Source: Bacteroidia bacterium
GTDB lineage: Bacteria > Bacteroidota > Bacteroidia > Palsa-965
DNA: 64,000 nucleotides
Assembly: GCA_038237845.1 (NCBI GenBank)
Contig: JBBRYH010000013.1
Span: 5,454-69,453, forward strand
Direction: 5' to 3'
A model generated the notes under the pieces. That model made no database searches. It was not told the DNA's origin and saw only the letters and a list, made by a program, of their open reading frames with translations. Positions 59,850-64,000 of the stretch are shown piece by piece. Numbering within the stretch: position 1 is the first letter of the stretch; every line of letters begins with the position of its first letter. A program made the position numbers and the translations under genes.

Positions 59850-60254
59850 TCAGATGCGAAAAGTACCAAGCAATGAAAGCTGGGAATTGGCCGAAAGTAA
59901 ATCAGGAGGGTCCTGATATTTAGTGGATTTAAATTTCGAATTTGAAAATTTTGGAACGGAAAATAAAAGTTCTTGGTATAAAATCGGAGAAGAAATTTGG
60001 GAACATTTTATCTGAACCTGATTCTGACTTACAAATTGATGATGTTGAAACGTTAGATTATTCAAGTCGCAACATTGACCTTTAAATTCAGTTTTTCCTG
60101 ACTCATCTTTGCAACAATCCTTCGCTTCAGTAGTAGAAAGCAAAACTACTCCAGATTTTAAACAAACCATTTTACCTATGACCAAACCAGAGCCGCTCAC
60201 GAGAATAATCATCGAGAGGAGCAAAGAAGTGGAAATGCTAATGAGTTTGTTCAT
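59850..60254 (-). CDS. small membrane-anchored Cys-rich protein (resembles the HYC_CC_PP family found next to metal-related TonB receptors in Bacteroidota)
   Basis: N-terminal hydrophobic anchor. Two CC pairs (DCCKDE, GQCCDL), a PP motif (QDPPDL) and a C-terminal TFRI. The family assignment is from memory, not a search. Confidence 0.45.
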   Translation of the reverse strand: MNKLISISTSLLLSMIILVSGSGLVIGKMVCLKSGVVLLSTTEAKDCCKDESGKTEFKGQCCDLNNLTFQHHQFVSQNQVQIKCSQISSPILYQELLFSVPKFSNSKFKSTKYQDPPDLLSANSQLSLLGTFRI

Positions 60255-60315
60255 TTATATAAAATTACTTCTTTTGCAGGTGGTACACAATGTAAATAAT
60301 CATAATTTAACTTAA

Positions 60316-61881
60316 TTACTTTACAGGTGGATAGTCAAGCGAATAATGTAATCCACGACTTTCTTTTCGCTCTCTCGCTTGCTTAATTATAATGTAGGCC
60401 ACGTTAATAATATTTCTTAATTCACAAACTTCTTGAGAAAGGGTGATTTTTTTGTAAAGTGCTTCATTCTCATTCCAAAGAATTTCTAAACGATCATGTG
60501 CACGTTCCAAACGTAAGTTAGAACGAACAATTCCAACATAACTGCTCATGATAGATTGAACTTCTTTCATGCTTTGTGTAATCAAAACCATTTCTTCGGG
60601 CGCATCTGTTCCTTCAATATTCCAATCGGGAATGTTTTTTTGAAATGCTATTTCCTTGAAAGTTGAAATAGCATCTTCACTCGCCTCGTGCGAATAAACA
60701 ACAGCTTCAAGAAGTGAATTAGAAGCTAATCGGTTTGCACCATGAAGTCCGGTACAAGAACATTCGCCTACTGCATAAAGATTTGTAATACTACTACGAC
60801 CTTTTTTATCCACTTTAATTCCACCGCACAAATAATGAGCAGCAGGAACCACAGGAATGAAATCTTTAGTGAAATCAATTCCGACTGTCAAACATTTCTC
60901 ATAGATATTCGGAAAATGTTTTTTCAGATCTTCTGCTTCCAGATGCGTACAGTCGAGATAAACAAAATCATCTCCTGAGATTTTCATTTCACTATCAATT
61001 GCGCGTGCAACAATATCTCTTGGTGCTAAAGATTTTCGAGCATCATATTTTTCCATGAATTCTTTTCCCAAACGAGTTCGAAGAATTCCTCCGTGGCCAC
61101 GCATCGCTTCTGTAATTAGAAAAGAAGGTTTCGCGCCGGGATTATAAAGTGAAGTAGGATGAAACTGCATAAATTCCATATTCTCGACTTTCCCTTTTGC
61201 ACGATAAACCATTGCAATTCCATCACCAGTTGCAATGGTTGGATTGGTAGTGGTGGAATAAGCATGGCCAGCACCGCCAGTAGCAATTAAAGTGCTGCGC
61301 GATAAAATGGTTTCTACTTTTCCTGTTCGCACATCCATGACGTAAGCACCATAACAAGTAATGCCTGGTGTGCGTGAATTGACTTCTATACCAAGATGAT
61401 GTTGGGTAATAATTTCGACCGCAAAATGATGATCAAGTATTTCAATATTCGGATGCGAATGAATTTGTTTTAAAAGTGCGCGCTCAATTTCAAAACCTGT
61501 TATGTCTTTGTGATGAAGAATACGATGTTCCGAATGACCTCCCTCACGCGCAAGTTCATAATCGCCATCGGGAGTTTTGTCAAAATTTGCGCCCCATGCT
61601 GCTAATTCTGTAACGCGTGCAGTGGATTCGCGGATTACCATTTCCACTACGGAAGTGTCGCAAAGTCCGTCACCACAAATTAAAGTGTCTTCAATATGTT
61701 TATTATACGAATCCGGTTTATACATCACTGCGGCAATGCCACCTTGTGCATATTTGGTATTTGATTCGTCTTCGTTTGCTTTAGTTATCATCAAGACTTT
61801 ACCATGCGCAGCAACTTTTAGTGCATAGGTAAGACCCGCTATTCCGGATCCGATAATGAGGAAATCTGTTTCTCTTGACAA
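60316..61881 (-). CDS. nadB: L-aspartate oxidase
   Basis: TTG start. DFLIIGSGIAGL FAD motif, AQGGIAA and GLHGANRLASNSLLE signatures. 521 aa. Confidence 0.9.
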   Translation of the reverse strand: MSRETDFLIIGSGIAGLTYALKVAAHGKVLMITKANEDESNTKYAQGGIAAVMYKPDSYNKHIEDTLICGDGLCDTSVVEMVIRESTARVTELAAWGANFDKTPDGDYELAREGGHSEHRILHHKDITGFEIERALLKQIHSHPNIEILDHHFAVEIITQHHLGIEVNSRTPGITCYGAYVMDVRTGKVETILSRSTLIATGGAGHAYSTTTNPTIATGDGIAMVYRAKGKVENMEFMQFHPTSLYNPGAKPSFLITEAMRGHGGILRTRLGKEFMEKYDARKSLAPRDIVARAIDSEMKISGDDFVYLDCTHLEAEDLKKHFPNIYEKCLTVGIDFTKDFIPVVPAAHYLCGGIKVDKKGRSSITNLYAVGECSCTGLHGANRLASNSLLEAVVYSHEASEDAISTFKEIAFQKNIPDWNIEGTDAPEEMVLITQSMKEVQSIMSSYVGIVRSNLRLERAHDRLEILWNENEALYKKITLSQEVCELRNIINVAYIIIKQARERKESRGLHYSLDYPPVK

Positions 61882-61952
61882 ATGAATATGATTTCTGTAA
61901 AGATAAAAATATAGGTACGTTGCAAACCATCTTCTGGTTTTTTGTTTTTTTT

Positions 61953-62045
61953 GCGTGAGGGATGCGTAGGGTTAAGTGCGCAGCACCGAAACGAATGTGT
62001 AGCCCGCAGCAGCCCGACCCTGCGCCTAGGCGTAGGGGCACGCCC
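61953..62045. repeat. GC-rich element of about 93 bp in the nadB / nfu divergent intergenic region
   Basis: My hand count gives about 62 of 93 G+C (about two-thirds) against AT-rich flanks. Internal direct repeat gcgtaggg (61964-61971 and 62030-62037) with an inverted copy ccctacgc at 62086-62093. A T/A homopolymer tract abuts it at 61938-61952. Confidence 0.5.
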
Positions 62046-62124
62046 AATCAATTTTATCTATACATGAAACAAGTTTCTCCGAATTCCCTACGCTCAACTC
62101 CAAACTAAGAACTACCTTTATACA

Positions 62125-62745
62125 ATGGAAACGAAACCAATTGCAGTAGTTATTTACGCCGAGAGTACACCCAATCCGGCCTCAATGAAATTTGTTGCGA
62201 ATCATATGTTGATTGCGGAAGGTGCGACAGCGCAATATTTATCTGCAGCAGAAACTTCAAAGGCACCATTGCCTGCGAAACTTTTTCAGTTTCCATTTGT
62301 GAAAGGAATTTTTGTTTCTGCAAATTTTATCACCGTAACAAAAAGTGATATTGTTTCCTGGGAGGATATTACACATGAGTTGCGTGAAGTGTTGCGCGAT
62401 TATTTATCGAAAGGACTTCCAGTAATTGAAGAATTACCAACAAAACAAGTAGCAACAGATTCGTCCTTCAAACAAACCACAACAGTTTTTACTGAACATG
62501 CAGTTCCTACAACAGAAGACGAAACCAAAATTGTAGAAGTGTTAGAACAATACATTCGTCCAGCGGTAGAGCAGGATGGAGGACTTATTACTTTTCAATC
62601 TTTTGAGAATGGAATTGTAACCGTTCAGTTAAAAGGATCTTGCAGTGGATGTCCTTCTTCAACAGTAACCTTGAAAGCAGGAATTGAAGCGTTGTTAAAA
62701 CGAATGGTGCCGAGCGTGAAAGAAGTTGTGGCGATGGCTTTGTAA
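62125..62745 (+). CDS. NifU/Nfu family iron-sulfur cluster protein (Nfu_N plus NifU C-terminal domain)
   Basis: N-terminal TPNPASMKF motif. C-terminal IRPAVEQDGGLITF...GSCSGCPSS CxxC motif. Confidence 0.85.
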   Translation: METKPIAVVIYAESTPNPASMKFVANHMLIAEGATAQYLSAAETSKAPLPAKLFQFPFVKGIFVSANFITVTKSDIVSWEDITHELREVLRDYLSKGLPVIEELPTKQVATDSSFKQTTTVFTEHAVPTTEDETKIVEVLEQYIRPAVEQDGGLITFQSFENGIVTVQLKGSCSGCPSSTVTLKAGIEALLKRMVPSVKEVVAMAL

Positions 62746-62814
62746 ATTGTCAGCATTCGATACACTTTGCTAATTAGTCTAACAACTAAAGAGTTTTAAG
62801 AATAACAATATTCG

Positions 62815-62852
62815 AAATCCGTGAAAGAGAAATCTTTCATGGATTTTTTTTT
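62815..62852 (+). terminator. rho-independent terminator after the Nfu gene
   Basis: 13-bp stem aaatccgtgaaag / ctttcatggattt (one G-U pair), a 6-nt loop, then a T-run. Confidence 0.7.
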
Positions 62853-62913
62853 GTCAGTTTGCATTAGGTTTGTTTCACCTTGAAGTGGAAATGGAATTCA
62901 AAAATCAAATCTC

Positions 62914-62964
62914 ACTTTGTCAGACTGAGTGCCGAGGAACGAGGTGTATCGAAGGCTGACAAAG
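62914..62964. repeat. palindromic REP-like element with a GC-rich interior
   Basis: Perfect 9-bp arms ctttgtcag / ctgacaaag enclosing actgagtgccgaggaacgaggtgtatcgaagg. The interior recalls the CTGAG...TCGAAGG palindromic repeats I remember from Bacteroidota genomes. Confidence 0.4.
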
Positions 62965-62969
62965 ATTTT

Positions 62970-64000
62970 TTATCGAATCAAAGATACGTGCCCGATCATT
63001 TTATGTTTCTTCTGATGTTTATCGGTATATAAAATCCGCCACACATAAACATCTTCTTGGCAAACATCACCTTTATACGTTCCATCCCATCCGTGATTGA
63101 TATCAGTGCTTTCATACAACAAATTTCCCCAACGATCGAATACAAGCATTTTGAAATCGGTAACATTTGTTCCGTAAGCAAAAAACAATTCGTTCGTTCC
63201 ATTATTATTTGGTGTGAAGGCATTCGGAACATAAATCATTGTTTCCTCTTCAACAATGATTGTCATATATAAAGTGTCGTTGCAGCCGTCGGCATTCGTA
63301 ACAACCAACATCGACAAATAAGTTCCAGCCGAAGGATAAATATGCGAAAGACCATTGAAGTTGCAGGTATTGATCGAATCCCCATCACCGAAATATAAAG
63401 TGCAATTTGTGCCACCAACTGAAAAGTCGGTGAACAATACCTCAGGCGAAAGTTCACTCACAACTGAATCACTAACGCCGAAATTCGCATTTGCAAAAGC
63501 CGGAATTACAACTGCGGTATTAATGGTCATCGTATCAGAACATCCACCTGCATTGGAAACGATCAAAGTAACATCGTAATTCCCCTGTTGACCATATGTA
63601 TGTGTCGGCGTTTGCACGGATGAAGAATTCGTAGCAGAAGTCGGATCTCCGAAATTCCAATTGTAAGTTAATCCACCAATGGAGGTATTTGTGAATCCAA
63701 CAATCGCTGGTGGACAAGCCGGCGGTCCAGCAGTAAAAGCTGCGGTAGGAGTAGGGTTAACCGTTACAGTAAAGGCTTGTGTTGTATTACAACCATTTGC
63801 ATCTGTTACCGTTGCATTATAAATAGTAGTAGTGGCTGGAGAAACAGTTTGATTTAAACCATTCGGTAAACTGTTATCCCAAGTTACGGAATAAGGTCCT
63901 GTTCCACCTCCAGTAATTGCGTTTATACTTGCAGGATTGCCACCGCAAATTGAATCGATCCCTGTTAAAGATAAAGTTACTGCGGAAGGTTGTGTTACAA
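62970..64000 (-). CDS. T9SS type B sorting-domain protein with PKD repeats (5-prime end beyond the window)
   Basis: The frame is open from the stop at 62970 to the window edge. The track start at 63617 is only an internal Met. PKD units (YNWNFGDPTS...THTYGQQGNYDVTLIV). C-terminal FTPNNNGTNELF...FDRWGNLLY...GWDG...GHVSLIR. Confidence 0.85.
   Translation of the reverse strand, partial: VTQPSAVTLSLTGIDSICGGNPASINAITGGGTGPYSVTWDNSLPNGLNQTVSPATTTIYNATVTDANGCNTTQAFTVTVNPTPTAAFTAGPPACPPAIVGFTNTSIGGLTYNWNFGDPTSATNSSSVQTPTHTYGQQGNYDVTLIVSNAGGCSDTMTINTAVVIPAFANANFGVSDSVVSELSPEVLFTDFSVGGTNCTLYFGDGDSINTCNFNGLSHIYPSAGTYLSMLVVTNADGCNDTLYMTIIVEEETMIYVPNAFTPNNNGTNELFFAYGTNVTDFKMLVFDRWGNLLYESTDINHGWDGTYKGDVCQEDVYVWRILYTDKHQKKHKMIGHVSLIR

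Noticed and set aside
61799-62051. Two overlapping Arg/Gly/Pro-rich minus-strand ORFs (82 and 70 aa) upstream of nadB
   Set aside because: They are by-products of the GC-rich element, where stop codons are rare. They overlap each other and the nadB 5-prime end, and their composition is not protein-like.
1-64000. Scan for CRISPR arrays, rRNA/tRNA genes, IS elements, integrases, toxin-antitoxin pairs and recognisable defence-system genes
   Set aside because: I found no spaced direct-repeat arrays, no tRNA-like cloverleaf candidates in intergenic regions, and no transposase, integrase, nuclease or ATPase signatures among the ORFs.

Overview
All calls below come from reading the sequence and ORF track by eye; no searches were run. 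The window is an AT-rich chromosomal segment that looks like Bacteroidota, probably Flavobacteriia-like. Three things point that way: a housekeeping block in a familiar order (pdxJ, CBS, nadK, uppS, bamA, two skp/ompH, murI), TAnnTTTG-type -7 promoter boxes, and eight predicted type IX secretion (T9SS) cargo proteins. Five cargos carry type A C-terminal sorting domains (CTDs) and three carry type B. I saw no rRNA, tRNA, CRISPR array, transposase or integrase.

Layout:
- 1-4.9 kb: mixed small genes.
- 5.0-14.5 kb: a minus-strand run of very large T9SS surface proteins. One is split by a single in-frame TAG.
- 14.7-25.5 kb: peptidases, a DUF255 thioredoxin-domain protein, a TonB-dependent receptor and an 8-repeat T9SS protein.
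- 25.5-32.8 kb: an accessory islet of about 7.1 kb, bounded by a 102-bp direct duplication of the tsaB 3-prime end (80 bp perfectly identical).
- 32.7-46.5 kb: minus-strand genes, including TolC plus adaptor, a tightly packed five-gene CPBP / M61-PDZ / LytS-like kinase / LytTR regulator / PAP2-like cluster, ppiB, an S8 peptidase and pdxJ.
- 46.6-56.5 kb: the conserved envelope-biogenesis block.
- 56.6-61.9 kb: gamma carbonic anhydrase, a metal-associated cluster (HMA protein, TonB receptor, Cys-rich protein) and nadB.
- 62-64 kb: an Nfu/NifU gene flanked by GC-rich elements, then a 5-prime-partial T9SS type B protein.

The strongest candidate for something new is the tsaB-bounded islet. It encodes a tail-fibre-like surface protein with a C10 tract at its start codon, two tandem paralogous beta-rich proteins, a stand-alone Reg_prop propeller, a cargo protein with two CTD-like modules, and decayed gene remnants. 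It carries no recognisable mobility gene.
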